From assembly GCA_964433975.1 (NCBI GenBank), contig CAYSSS010000001.1:78257-142256 (forward strand): a stretch of DNA of 64,000 bases, written 5' to 3'. Position 1 is the stretch's first letter, and the number at the start of each line of letters is the position of its first letter. Of the stretch, positions 1-9,858 are shown piece after piece. The notes under the pieces were generated by a model. That model saw nothing but the letters and a program-made list of their open reading frames with translations. It ran no database searches and was not told the DNA's origin. The DNA is from an uncultured Planctomycetia bacterium. Its GTDB lineage: Bacteria > Omnitrophota > Gorgyraeia > 2-01-FULL-45-10. The position numbers and the translations under genes are program-made.

Positions 1-129
1 GATCTTCCTATTCTGGTCAAGGTCGAATTTGATGAGTACTATCTAAAAAACAAATCCTTTTTAACGGATTGCAAGATCCTGCTTATGACCGTTACCAAGT
101 CAATTCGAGGAGAGGGCGTGCAGCACTAG
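1..129 (+). CDS. 3' end of a bacterial sugar (phosphoglycosyl) transferase, WcaJ/PglC-like; partial
   Basis: Frame 1 reads DLPILVKVEFDEYYLKNKSFLTDCKILLMTVTKSIRGEGVQH*, matching the typical C-terminus (K..D..Y....S...D..I...T) of Bac_transf proteins. Not in the ORF track. Confidence 0.8.
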   Translation, partial: DLPILVKVEFDEYYLKNKSFLTDCKILLMTVTKSIRGEGVQH

Positions 130-147
130 TCTATTATCGGGGTACGG

Positions 148-176
148 TTGACTATCCCGGTGATAAAGGATATAAT
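148..176 (+). promoter_or_regulatory. sigma70-type promoter TTGACT-N17-TATAAT
   Basis: TTGACT at 148-153, exactly 17 nt of spacer, TATAAT at 171-176, upstream of ATG 193. Confidence 0.75.
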
Positions 177-192
177 CTTCACGTTATACAAT

Positions 193-2043
193 ATGAAGAA
201 CATACTTAATAAGCTAAGAATACCTGTGATGGTGGGCATGGACCTGATGTTAGTGAATCTGTCTATGTTCCTGGCCTTTGCAATTAGATTTGACTGGCGA
301 TTTACCAACATCATTGCATCTCCCTGTCTGTATTTTATGCTGTGGGCGGTCATTATCAGGATTACGTTATTCGCCATCTTTGGGATATATCAATGGTCAT
401 TTCGCTATGCGAGCATAAGCGAAGCAACGAATGTATTAAAGTCCATAACAATAGGTAGCTTATTACTTATTGCGGTGGCATTTTTTACACAACTCATAGA
501 GATGAGCCGGTCAGTACTGCTAATTGATTATCTGACCTGTCTTTTCCTTATAGGCATATCAAGATTCTCTCCGAGGGCTTTGATTAAATTCACGCAACTA
601 AAATCCTATAATCTCAAAAGAGTTCTTATAGTAGGAGCCGGCGCATCAGGTGAAATGGTCGTTCGTGAGATGATAAGCGCGAAAAAAAGAACTTATCAAC
701 CGGTCGGTTTTATCGACGATAACCCGACTAAGCTGCATTCCCGCATACATGGGGTAAGGGTCTTAGGTAAGATAGAAGACATTAGAGATGTGATAGGCCG
801 CCATAATGTTTCGGAAGTGATCATTGCAGTCCCATCCGCAAGCGGTAATACGATAAGGGATATTGTGTCAAAATGCGCAAAGTCGGATGTAAAGATTAAG
901 ACCGTGCCGGAGCTCCACAAGATCTTAACCGGCGAGGTAACAATAAAACAGATAAGAGACGTAAGCCCGGAAGATCTTTTAGGCAGGGAAACTGTTAGTA
1001 TAAGCATGGAAGATGTAAGTGCTTTTATCAAGGATAAAGTTGTTCTGATAACGGGCGCCGCCGGCACTATAGGGTCAGAATTATCGAGGCAGGTATCAAA
1101 ATTTAACCCGAAGCAACTGATATCATACGATCTGAATGAAAATGACGTATATTTTTTAGAGATCGAGCTCAAGTCGAGCTATCCCTATCTGAAATTTAAT
1201 ACAGTGATAGGCGATATAAAAGATATAGGACTGTTAAAAAATACATTTTCCAAGTACAGGCCCCAAATAGTTTTCCATTCCGCGGCACATAAGCACGTGC
1301 CTCTTATGGAGGGAAATCCGGTCTCTGCCATCAAGAATAATGTTATAGGCACAAGGAATCTTATTTACGCTTCGGAGCACTATATGGTAGAGAGATTTGT
1401 CATGATATCTTCGGATAAAGCGGTAAATCCTACGAATGTAATGGGGGTTTCAAAACGTATAGCGGAAATGATGATACAATCGAAAGCAAAAACAGCCAGG
1501 ACAAAATTTATGGCGGTTAGATTTGGTAATGTTATTGGTTCCAGCGGGAGCGTCGTCCCTATATTCAAGCGACAGATTGAAAGAGGAGAGCCGGTAACTG
1601 TAACCCACCCTGAGGTCAAGAGGTTTTTTATGACCGCTAAAGAGGCCGTGCAGCTTGTCATGCAAGCGGGCGCTATCGGTAAGGAAGGTGAAATCCTTAT
1701 TCTCGATATGGGCGAGCAGATAAAGATACTGGACTTGGCCAAAAGTCTCATAACTTTATCCGGACTTGAGCCCGATAAGGATGTGGGAATTAAGTTTATC
1801 GGTTTAAGACCGGGTGAAAAGATGTATGAGGAAACACTGCTTGATGTAGAGCATGATAGGGCAACCAAACATGATAAGATCTATATTGCGCAGCCAAATA
1901 ATTTTGATCCGATTCAATTGCGGGAAGATATAAAAATACTGGAAAAATTGGCTAATTTAATGGCCGAGGCCAAGATAATAGATAAAATCAAAGAGATGGT
2001 CCCAACTTACAAACCGAATGGTAAATACAATGGCAGTAAATAG
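193..2043 (+). CDS. Membrane-bound UDP-GlcNAc 4,6-dehydratase (CapD/WbpM/PglF family)
   Basis: N-terminal TM helices, GAGxxG CoA-binding-like domain, TGAAGTIGSEL, HSAAHKHVP, SSDKAVNP, RFGNV, GLRPGEK. Start moved to ATG 193 because the TTG at 148 is the -35 box. Confidence 0.92.
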   Translation: MKNILNKLRIPVMVGMDLMLVNLSMFLAFAIRFDWRFTNIIASPCLYFMLWAVIIRITLFAIFGIYQWSFRYASISEATNVLKSITIGSLLLIAVAFFTQLIEMSRSVLLIDYLTCLFLIGISRFSPRALIKFTQLKSYNLKRVLIVGAGASGEMVVREMISAKKRTYQPVGFIDDNPTKLHSRIHGVRVLGKIEDIRDVIGRHNVSEVIIAVPSASGNTIRDIVSKCAKSDVKIKTVPELHKILTGEVTIKQIRDVSPEDLLGRETVSISMEDVSAFIKDKVVLITGAAGTIGSELSRQVSKFNPKQLISYDLNENDVYFLEIELKSSYPYLKFNTVIGDIKDIGLLKNTFSKYRPQIVFHSAAHKHVPLMEGNPVSAIKNNVIGTRNLIYASEHYMVERFVMISSDKAVNPTNVMGVSKRIAEMMIQSKAKTARTKFMAVRFGNVIGSSGSVVPIFKRQIERGEPVTVTHPEVKRFFMTAKEAVQLVMQAGAIGKEGEILILDMGEQIKILDLAKSLITLSGLEPDKDVGIKFIGLRPGEKMYEETLLDVEHDRATKHDKIYIAQPNNFDPIQLREDIKILEKLANLMAEAKIIDKIKEMVPTYKPNGKYNGSK

Positions 2044-3373
2044 GGAATGGCTTGATAGGCTGATAGTGCTGTCTTTATGCAGTATGATATTTACTCTGCC
2101 GTTTTCAAAATCAGCGGTGGAGATATGCATAATAACCGCTTTTGTGTTATGGATTTTAAAAAGATCGTTATCGTACGACCCAAAGGTCCCCCTTATACGA
2201 ATATTTAAACCGCCCAGTTCAAAATTAAATCTTCCAATATATTTATTTATTTTTGCCGGATTTTTATCGGTCGTCGCTAGCGCCTCAGTTTCGCTAAGCC
2301 TTAAAGGTATATTTTCCAAGCTGCTCAAAGAGGTGATTTTGTATTTTTTGGTGATAGAAACTATAAATAATAGAAAAAGACTGCACTTTGTTTTAATATT
2401 CATGGTACTGTCCATGCTACTTATAGGCGCGGACGGGATCTTTCAGTTCAGTACATACCGGGATTTTTTAAGGGGTTATCTGCAGGAAGGGAGGATTACG
2501 GCTTCTTTCAATACCGCCAATGGCCTAGGCGGTTGGATCACAGTTATGTTGCCGTTGGCTCTTGGCATGATCTTTACAGGAAAAGCTCCACGGCCGAAGC
2601 AGGCCTTTAAGTTTATACTATTTTTTTTATCGTGTGTTTTGTTGTTTTGTCTAGTGATGACTCGCTCGAGGGGAGCATGGGTGGGATCAGCTTTTGCCAT
2701 GATTTTTTTCATTGTATGTAAAAAAAACAGAGTATTTTTTATCGGGATGGCTATCATGTCGGTGCTGTGTATTTTTTTTCTTGCGTACTTGGTATGTGCA
2801 CATCCGGGGTTTACCGAGTTGCTCAGAGAATCTGTGAGCTTCAGCGCAAATGACGGCCATTTATCTTTTGTTAGAGATTTTTTTATCTCAGTCAAAAATT
2901 ACGCAGTCCAGATCATGCTAAAAACAGATATCGTAAGGACCCATTTATGGCGGGAGGCGCTATCGGTCATTAAAGACTTTCCTGTTTTTGGATGCGGCTT
3001 AAATACGTATTCTATTGTTGCCCCTGGTTACAAAGGTGATATTGGAGGAGAGGCCGGATTTTATCCGCACAACTCTTATCTTCAAATGGCTGCTGAAACT
3101 GGAATTGTTGGGTTGGCTTCTTTTCTTATTGTTGTGATAAGCTTATTCAGGGTCTCTATTAAGAATCTACAGAAGATCAAAGAAGCGTTTTACAACAGCA
3201 TATTGATCGGGTTATTGGCCGGATTATTCGGTTTTTTGGTGCATAGTTTTTTTGATGTTAATTTATACGCCTTGCAATTAGTTAATTTAATGTGGTTTGT
3301 CATGGGGTTGATTATTGCTGTTCAGAGAATAGCATTGAAGGAAGAAAGTAAGTCGTTAGGATATAATGCCTAA
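2030..3373 (+). CDS. O-antigen ligase/polymerase-like (WaaL/Wzy_C) membrane protein
   Basis: Multi-TM protein with TRSRGAW, R..LW..A...I...P.FGCG and HNSYLQ motifs. Start uncertain (2018 or 2030). Confidence 0.85.
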   Translation: MAVNREWLDRLIVLSLCSMIFTLPFSKSAVEICIITAFVLWILKRSLSYDPKVPLIRIFKPPSSKLNLPIYLFIFAGFLSVVASASVSLSLKGIFSKLLKEVILYFLVIETINNRKRLHFVLIFMVLSMLLIGADGIFQFSTYRDFLRGYLQEGRITASFNTANGLGGWITVMLPLALGMIFTGKAPRPKQAFKFILFFLSCVLLFCLVMTRSRGAWVGSAFAMIFFIVCKKNRVFFIGMAIMSVLCIFFLAYLVCAHPGFTELLRESVSFSANDGHLSFVRDFFISVKNYAVQIMLKTDIVRTHLWREALSVIKDFPVFGCGLNTYSIVAPGYKGDIGGEAGFYPHNSYLQMAAETGIVGLASFLIVVISLFRVSIKNLQKIKEAFYNSILIGLLAGLFGFLVHSFFDVNLYALQLVNLMWFVMGLIIAVQRIALKEESKSLGYNA

Positions 3374-4178
3374 AAACAGAAAACCTCAATCGTTAAAACT
3401 TGGTTGTTTAAAGGATCCCCGTGATTTACGTGACATTCCAATGGGGCTGGTCCTGCCTCCGATACCGCTACCCGATAAAACCGATTATACGGTCAGCATG
3501 ACCCCTGTTAGAAATCAGGGCAATGAAGGAACGTGCGTGGCGTTTGCAAGTGTTGTAGGTATAAAAGAGTATCAGGATTCCAGAGAGTATAAGAAGATTA
3601 TAGATTTATCGCCGCGGTATAACTATAGCCTGTGCAAGAAAAATGACGGCAGCCCCGAAGAAGAGGGCACATATCCCAGGGTCGCAATGAAGATGCTGCT
3701 GAGCTTCGGTACGCCTCCCGAGAGATATTGGCCGTATAAGCCCCATCAAATTGATAAACCGAAACACGGTGCCGATAAGGCAGCAATGAAGTATCGCATA
3801 AAAGCCTACGCTCGTATCAAAACTAACCTTGAAATGAAACGAAGCCTGGTTATCAATGGTCCGTTCATGGCGGGCGTAGATGTGTACGAGTCGTGGTTTA
3901 CAGAGAAGGCCTCTAAAACCGGACTGATACCTATGCCTATAAAGTCCGACCAGTATCAGGGCGGTCATGCCATATGCATAGTCGGTTATGATGACAAAAG
4001 GAAGCTATTTAAATTCAAGAACTCTTGGGGTGATGATTGGGGAGATAGTGGATATGGTTATCTAACCTACGACTATATGAAACAATATTGCGTTGATGCC
4101 TGGAGCGCCACAGATTTAATTGAGAATCCGATGGCGCTGGTAAGTAAGATAGAAGAGGTTTTGGTACGGTATGCCTGA
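3366..4178 (+). CDS. Papain-like C1 family cysteine peptidase
   Basis: Oxyanion Gln and catalytic Cys in NQGNEGTCVAFA, His in GGHAICIVGY, Asn in KNSWG.DWG..GY. No signal peptide visible. Confidence 0.9.
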   Translation: MPKNRKPQSLKLGCLKDPRDLRDIPMGLVLPPIPLPDKTDYTVSMTPVRNQGNEGTCVAFASVVGIKEYQDSREYKKIIDLSPRYNYSLCKKNDGSPEEEGTYPRVAMKMLLSFGTPPERYWPYKPHQIDKPKHGADKAAMKYRIKAYARIKTNLEMKRSLVINGPFMAGVDVYESWFTEKASKTGLIPMPIKSDQYQGGHAICIVGYDDKRKLFKFKNSWGDDWGDSGYGYLTYDYMKQYCVDAWSATDLIENPMALVSKIEEVLVRYA

Positions 4179-5765
4179 TTATATTCTGGGAATATCGGCG
4201 TTCTATAATGATTCCGCCGCCGCGCTGCTTAAAGACGGCGAGATAATAGCTGCGGCCCAGGAAGAACGCTTTACGCGTAAAAAGCACGACCCAAGTTTTC
4301 CCAAAAATGCAATATCATATTGCTTGCGCGAAGCAGGTATCGGCAAGGCAGATCTTGATCTAATGGTATTTCATGATGGCAGCTATAAAAAAGACGTAAA
4401 AAAAAACTAAAATTTCGCGGCAAGCAGCTATTTTGCAAACATCACTACGCTCAGGCGGCAAGCGCTTTTTATCCGTCCCCATTCAATAAAGCCGCGATAC
4501 TTGTAGTTGATGGATCAAATGCTCAGGTAGCGGCAGCTTTTGGCAGTGGCACAGACAATTCAATAAAAATTCACTCCTCTATAAAATTCCCGAATTCCAT
4601 AGGGTTGCTATATTCCGTATTTACGCATTATTGCGGATTCAATCCCGATGCTGATGAGTATAAGTTAATGGGGTTGGCTCCTTATGGCAAGCCGGTTTAT
4701 GTTGACCTGATTATGGAGAAGCTTATTAAGCTGAGAATCGACGGTACTTATCGTATAAATTCGAATTACTTTACTTTCCGGGCGAAGCATAAAAAATCCA
4801 ATAAGAAGTTCACAGATCTCTTCGGCGGCCCCCCAAGAAAAAAAGATGACGAGATAGAAAAAAAACATAAGGACCTCGCGCGTTCTGTCCAAGCCGTCAC
4901 GGAGATTGCTTTGATGAACATGGTGAATCGCTTGTACGGGAAAACAAGGCTGGAAAACCTTTGTATGTCAGGTGAAGTGGCGCATAATTGCGTTGCGAAT
5001 GGTAGAATATTAAGGGAAGGGCCTTTTAAGAGGGTGTGGATACAGCCAGCGCCTTCCAGCGCTGGGTGCGCTCTCGGGGCAGCATTTTTAGGTTGGCATG
5101 AATACATGGGCAAGCTCCGAAAAGTCAGCAGGGCCAGAGATTTGCAGAAAGCGAGCCTTCTGGGCCCATCGTTCTCCGATGAAGAAATAGAAAGCTATTT
5201 AGAAGAAAATAATATAAAATATCAAAAATTGGCGAGAGCGGCCCTTTTAGCAAAAGTTGCCGGTTTTCTGGCTGACCAAAGAATAGTTGGGTGGTTCCAG
5301 GGCAGGATGGAGTTCGGCCCCCGCGCTCTGGGGAACCGTAGTATTCTGGCGGATCCCAGGTCAAAAGATATGCGCGATATTATTAATTCAAAAATCAAAT
5401 TCAGGGAAAGTTTCAGGCCATTTGCGCCAAGCGTGCTTCTGGAAAAATCACGGAACTTCTTTGATCTGGAATACGAAAGCCCATACATGCTTTTTGTGTC
5501 AACGGTTAAAAGGAGCGGATTTCCGGCCATAACACATGTTGACGGCTCAGCTAGGGTGCAAACAGTAAAGCATGAAGACAACCCTCTTTTTTATGATTTA
5601 ATAGGGCAGTTTTATAAAGACCACGGTTGCCCCATGGTTATAAATACATCTTTTAACAGGATGGGGGAGCCGATAGTCTGCACGCCTGAGGATGCTTACG
5701 GATGTTTTATGAATACCGAAATGGATTATTTAGTTATGGGTTCATTTATTATTGGAAAGGTTTAG
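4171..5765 (+). pseudogene. NodU/CmcH/TobZ-family carbamoyltransferase, split by a -1 frameshift in an A9 run (pseudogene, phase-variable or recoded)
   Basis: ORF 4171-4410 (ILGIS..DSAAAL..EERFTRKKH) stops right after A9 at 4398-4406. The -1 frame is open from 4407 (LKFRGKQLFCKHHYAQAASAFYPSPF...) into ORF 4605-5765 (EYKLMGLAPYG, GRMEFGPRALGNRS, HVDGSARVQTV, NTSFN). Confidence 0.85.
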
Positions 5766-5766
5766 T

Positions 5767-7491
5767 ATGAGAACAATAGAAAAAATTGTTGTCGCAGTAT
5801 TGCTTCTATCATTTCTAATAGGCGGATTATATTATGCCGCCACGAATTCCATAACGTCCGATGAAAAAACGCATATGGCGGTAGGGTATATGAACCTGCG
5901 CTTTCATGATTACAGGTTCAATATCGAGCATCCGCCTCTCGTTAAACAGCTCGCTGCGCTGCCGCTTTTATTCCTGAAGCTGAATTTTCCTTTTGATGTT
6001 TACAGCGTATCGGTCCCGGACGATATCGTAAAGATCCAGAACTTATTCCTGTTCAAGCTCGGGAACAACCTCGATTTTATGCTCTTTCTCTCCCGCATAC
6101 CGAATCTACTCATAGCCCTTATTTTAGGGTTCTTCATATACCTGTACTCAAGAAGGCTCAACGGCACATTCGCCGGGCTGATCTCATTGTCGTTATTCGT
6201 ATTCTCACCCATATTCTTAGCCCACTCCTCTTTGGTCACCATGGATACTACTATAACCTGCTTCTATTTCGCGGCTATCTATTTTTTGATGAGGTATTTT
6301 GAAACGGAAAAAGAGGGATTTTTGATCGGTGTGGCGCTCTTTACGGGATTAAGCTTTATGTCGAAGTTCAGCGGCCTGCTTTTGATACCGGTAATTTATT
6401 TACTTATTTTCATGAGGAGTTTATACCCGGTCCAGGAACCGAAAAAAATTACTTTGAAGAAGTGGATAGTAAACCTGGTCATATTTTTGCCTTTTCTGTT
6501 ATTTGCCGCATCTTATAAGAAGTCTTTCAGACTAATACTTCCGGCCCTCGCCATATACGCCATCTCTTATCTCTTTTATAACAAGAAGACTCTCTTCTCA
6601 AAGATAAATTTTGTAGGTAGGTCGCTACTCTTCATCATGGTAGTGGCGTTTGTCATGGTAATACTTGATTATACCGACTATTCATGGTTCCCGTTTCATA
6701 GCGCTACAAAGGCTTATTTCAAAGGCTTTGCCTATTTTGAGGGTCACGCGCAATATGGGCAGGAGTCTTATCTATTGGGGGCCAGCTCAAAGGCAACGGG
6801 GTGGTGGTATTATTTTCCTCTCGCTATTTTATTCAAGGAGCCATTTATTACCTCAATATTCCTCTTCCTGGGGGTAATAGGGTTATGCATAAAAAGAGAG
6901 AAGATATTAACTAAAGCCGTTCTTGTGATACCGGCTTTCGTATATCTTTTTATAGCGATGTTCATCAACAATTTGAACATAGGCATCCGCCATATATTGC
7001 CGGTATATCCGTTTTTGTTTGTCATGGCCGGTTACAGCGTATCCATTATAAGAAACTCCAGGGCGGTTAAATATCTTTTATCTCTGTTGGTCATAATATT
7101 AGCCGTGGATGTGCTAAGTTCGTATCCTGCCCATCTTTCGTATTTTAACAGACTGATAGGGGGGTATAAAGATGGTTATAAGTACCTTGGTGATTCAAAT
7201 ATAGCCTGGGGTCAGGACTGGAAGAGGTTAAAAGGATACGTTGAAAAGCATAATATAGCCACAATAGGTGCGGACGGAGCTTTCAGCTATGATAAAGTGT
7301 GCGATTATTATCGTATACCGTATAGGTATCTAACGAAAGATGAAGAATTGCGTCCGAGGGAAGGATATTATGTTATCGAGACTACCGCTTTCCCGGCCAA
7401 AAGAATAAAATGGCTGGATAAGATAAAGCCTGTTGAATGGGTGGGAGGATCCTTGCTGATATATAATATTACAAAGGAAGATGCCAAATGA
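5767..7491 (+). CDS. GT-C fold membrane glycosyltransferase (PMT/ArnT-like, GT39/83)
   Basis: TSDEKTH and EHPPL in the first loop, multiple TM helices, IGIRHILP, DSNIAWGQD. Confidence 0.8.
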   Translation: MRTIEKIVVAVLLLSFLIGGLYYAATNSITSDEKTHMAVGYMNLRFHDYRFNIEHPPLVKQLAALPLLFLKLNFPFDVYSVSVPDDIVKIQNLFLFKLGNNLDFMLFLSRIPNLLIALILGFFIYLYSRRLNGTFAGLISLSLFVFSPIFLAHSSLVTMDTTITCFYFAAIYFLMRYFETEKEGFLIGVALFTGLSFMSKFSGLLLIPVIYLLIFMRSLYPVQEPKKITLKKWIVNLVIFLPFLLFAASYKKSFRLILPALAIYAISYLFYNKKTLFSKINFVGRSLLFIMVVAFVMVILDYTDYSWFPFHSATKAYFKGFAYFEGHAQYGQESYLLGASSKATGWWYYFPLAILFKEPFITSIFLFLGVIGLCIKREKILTKAVLVIPAFVYLFIAMFINNLNIGIRHILPVYPFLFVMAGYSVSIIRNSRAVKYLLSLLVIILAVDVLSSYPAHLSYFNRLIGGYKDGYKYLGDSNIAWGQDWKRLKGYVEKHNIATIGADGAFSYDKVCDYYRIPYRYLTKDEELRPREGYYVIETTAFPAKRIKWLDKIKPVEWVGGSLLIYNITKEDAK

Positions 7492-8795
7492 AGGTTTGTC
7501 TCATACATCCGCCGCAGCCCAATTCACTGGACGATAGGCTCGATATCCCGCTTGGGCAGCTATATCTGGCCACCGTGCTAAAGGAAGCGGGCTACGAAAC
7601 CAGGGTAGTTGACCTCTCTTCCGTGCCAATGGAGCGTTGGGCCGACCTCATCGGATGGGCGGATGTCTACGGCTTCACGGTGTATACTCCGTCGTATTAT
7701 ATATGCAAAGAGATACTGAAGCTTGCCAAGCAGAATAACCCCCGCGCCATAAGCGTCGCCGGAGGCGCGCATCCATCCGCTCTTCCGGAAGAGACTTTAA
7801 AAGATTTTGATTATGTAGTTATCGGCGAGGGGGAATTTGCCATGCGTGATCTAGTCGATAACTTAGCGAAGGCCAGGCCGATGGAGTCCAGGATCATCAG
7901 GTATCCTCTCATCGCGAATTTAGATGAACTGCCATATCCAGACCTTGACTTGATCGACATACATTCATACCATAGAAAGGTGGATGGTCAGCCGAGCTTG
8001 AGCTTTGTTACGAGCCGGGGGTGCCCCAATACGTGTGCGTTCTGCTGTAACTTCATGTTCGGCAAAAAGATCAGGTTCAGGCACCTTGATAACGTTGTCA
8101 ACGAGTTATCGTCGATAAAATCGAAATATGGCGTGAGGAATTTTATTTTTTATGACGATACGATGACCCTGGACAAAAACCGGGTTAAAGAGATGTCTGA
8201 GAAGTTTAAGCGGCTTGACATACGTTTCCGGGCTAATGGCACAGTAAAGGTGAATGATCCGGAAGTTTATGAGGATCTTTACGTCGCGGGCTGCAGGAAT
8301 ATCGCGTTTGGCGTTGAGACCGGCTCTCAGGAATTACTGCGCAAGATGAAGAAGCACACAACGGTAGACCAGATAAAAAAAGCTGTTAAAAACGCCAAGG
8401 CCGCCGGATTAATAGTTAAAGTATTCCTCATAGTCGGCTTTCCCGGAGAGACCTATCAGACCATACAGGAGACCGCCGATCTGATGCTTGAGTGCCGGCC
8501 GAACCAATATACGCTCTTTAACTTCGTCCCGTTTCCCGGCTGTGATGTTTGGCACAATCCCAAGAATTACGGCGTTACCTATTTTGAAAAGAACTACGAG
8601 CAGTACTTCAACATAGCCGGGTACCAGGAGGGAGGGCTCACGGTAGATACGGAGACTATGAAGAGGGCCGATGTCAAAGATATGAGGGAAAAACTGCTCG
8701 AATCCCTGTGCCGGTTAGACTGGTCCGGTGACGTACAGAATTACCAGTATAAGCTGCAACCTAAATACACCCCCCACACCCGCCAGTCCCCATAA
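7488..8795 (+). CDS. B12-binding radical SAM protein
   Basis: N-terminal cobalamin-binding domain (PLG..YLA, GGAHPS, GEGE), SRGCPNTCAFC, FGVETG, VGFPGET. Confidence 0.9.
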   Translation: MKVCLIHPPQPNSLDDRLDIPLGQLYLATVLKEAGYETRVVDLSSVPMERWADLIGWADVYGFTVYTPSYYICKEILKLAKQNNPRAISVAGGAHPSALPEETLKDFDYVVIGEGEFAMRDLVDNLAKARPMESRIIRYPLIANLDELPYPDLDLIDIHSYHRKVDGQPSLSFVTSRGCPNTCAFCCNFMFGKKIRFRHLDNVVNELSSIKSKYGVRNFIFYDDTMTLDKNRVKEMSEKFKRLDIRFRANGTVKVNDPEVYEDLYVAGCRNIAFGVETGSQELLRKMKKHTTVDQIKKAVKNAKAAGLIVKVFLIVGFPGETYQTIQETADLMLECRPNQYTLFNFVPFPGCDVWHNPKNYGVTYFEKNYEQYFNIAGYQEGGLTVDTETMKRADVKDMREKLLESLCRLDWSGDVQNYQYKLQPKYTPHTRQSP

Positions 8796-8829
8796 AACTA
8801 AATAATCCGTAGAAATACACTCCCCATAA

Positions 8830-8838
8830 TGATATACT
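8830..8838 (+). promoter_or_regulatory. Possible extended -10 promoter (TGnTATACT) upstream of gmd
   Basis: TGATATACT in the 73-nt gap before gmd, followed by AAGGAG SD and ATG 8869. Confidence 0.4.
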
Positions 8839-8868
8839 ACTAGGCTACAAGCAAAGGAGACTAAGAAT

Positions 8869-9843
8869 ATGAAGAGAGCCGTTATAACGGGCATAACAGG
8901 CCAGGATGGATCATATATGGCCGAATTTTTGGTTAAAAAAGGCTATGAGGTTCATGGCCTGGTAAGGCGGGTTGCTCTGGAGGACCCGGAACACAGGCTG
9001 TGGAGAATAAGACACCTTTTAGGCAAGATCAAGATACACGCGGCTTCGCTCGAAAGCTACGCGAGTTTATTCAATATAATAGAAAAAATACAGCCGCACG
9101 AATGCTATCATCTGGCCGCCCAGACGTTTGTCAGCTATTCCTTCGAAGACGAATTCTCTACCATAAATACCAATATAAACGGCACTCACTATGTGCTGTC
9201 GGCTATAAAACAGAGAGCCCCTAAATGCAGGTTCTACTTCGCCGCTTCCAGCGAGATGTTCGGCAGCGTGAAAAAAACGCCGCAGAACGAGTTGACGCCT
9301 TTTCACCCGCGCTCCCCGTACGGTATTTCAAAACTTGCCGGGTTTGAGCTGACCAGAAATTATCGCGAAGCTTATAATCTATTTGCCTGCAATGGTATAT
9401 GTTTTAACCATGAAAGTCCGACCAGAGGGTTTGAGTTCGTTTCAAGAAAGATCTCGTACGCCGTAGCGGAGATAAAATTAGGCTTATCTAAAAAACTGCC
9501 TCTGGGGAACCTTAAAGCCAAGAGAGATTGGGGCTTCGCCGGCGATTATGTAAAAGCCATGTGGCTCATGCTGCAGAGCGATAGAGCGGACGATTATGTA
9601 GTCGCGACGGGTGAAACGCATACGGTCAGAGAATTCGCGGAACTTGCCTTCGATCATTTGAAACTTGACTGGAAAAAGTACGTGGTAATCGACAAGGAGC
9701 TGTACAGGCCCGCCGAGGTCAATATCCTGGAAGGGGATTACAGTAAGGCAAAAAAGGACCTGGGATGGAAACCTTTGATCAGGTTCCCGGAATTAGTCAA
9801 GATGATGGTGGATGCGGATCTGAAGCGGTTAAAAAGCAAGTAG
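8869..9843 (+). CDS. gmd: GDP-mannose 4,6-dehydratase
   Basis: ITGITGQDGSY, SSEMFG, PRSPYGISK, FNHESP, GNLKAKRDWG, YRPAEV. Confidence 0.95.
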   Translation: MKRAVITGITGQDGSYMAEFLVKKGYEVHGLVRRVALEDPEHRLWRIRHLLGKIKIHAASLESYASLFNIIEKIQPHECYHLAAQTFVSYSFEDEFSTINTNINGTHYVLSAIKQRAPKCRFYFAASSEMFGSVKKTPQNELTPFHPRSPYGISKLAGFELTRNYREAYNLFACNGICFNHESPTRGFEFVSRKISYAVAEIKLGLSKKLPLGNLKAKRDWGFAGDYVKAMWLMLQSDRADDYVVATGETHTVREFAELAFDHLKLDWKKYVVIDKELYRPAEVNILEGDYSKAKKDLGWKPLIRFPELVKMMVDADLKRLKSK

Positions 9844-9858
9844 AGAATCATATAAGAC

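Noticed and set aside
148-192. TTG start of the capD-like ORF given in the track
   Set aside because: The TTG is the -35 hexamer of a TTGACT-N17-TATAAT promoter; ATG 193 is more plausible.
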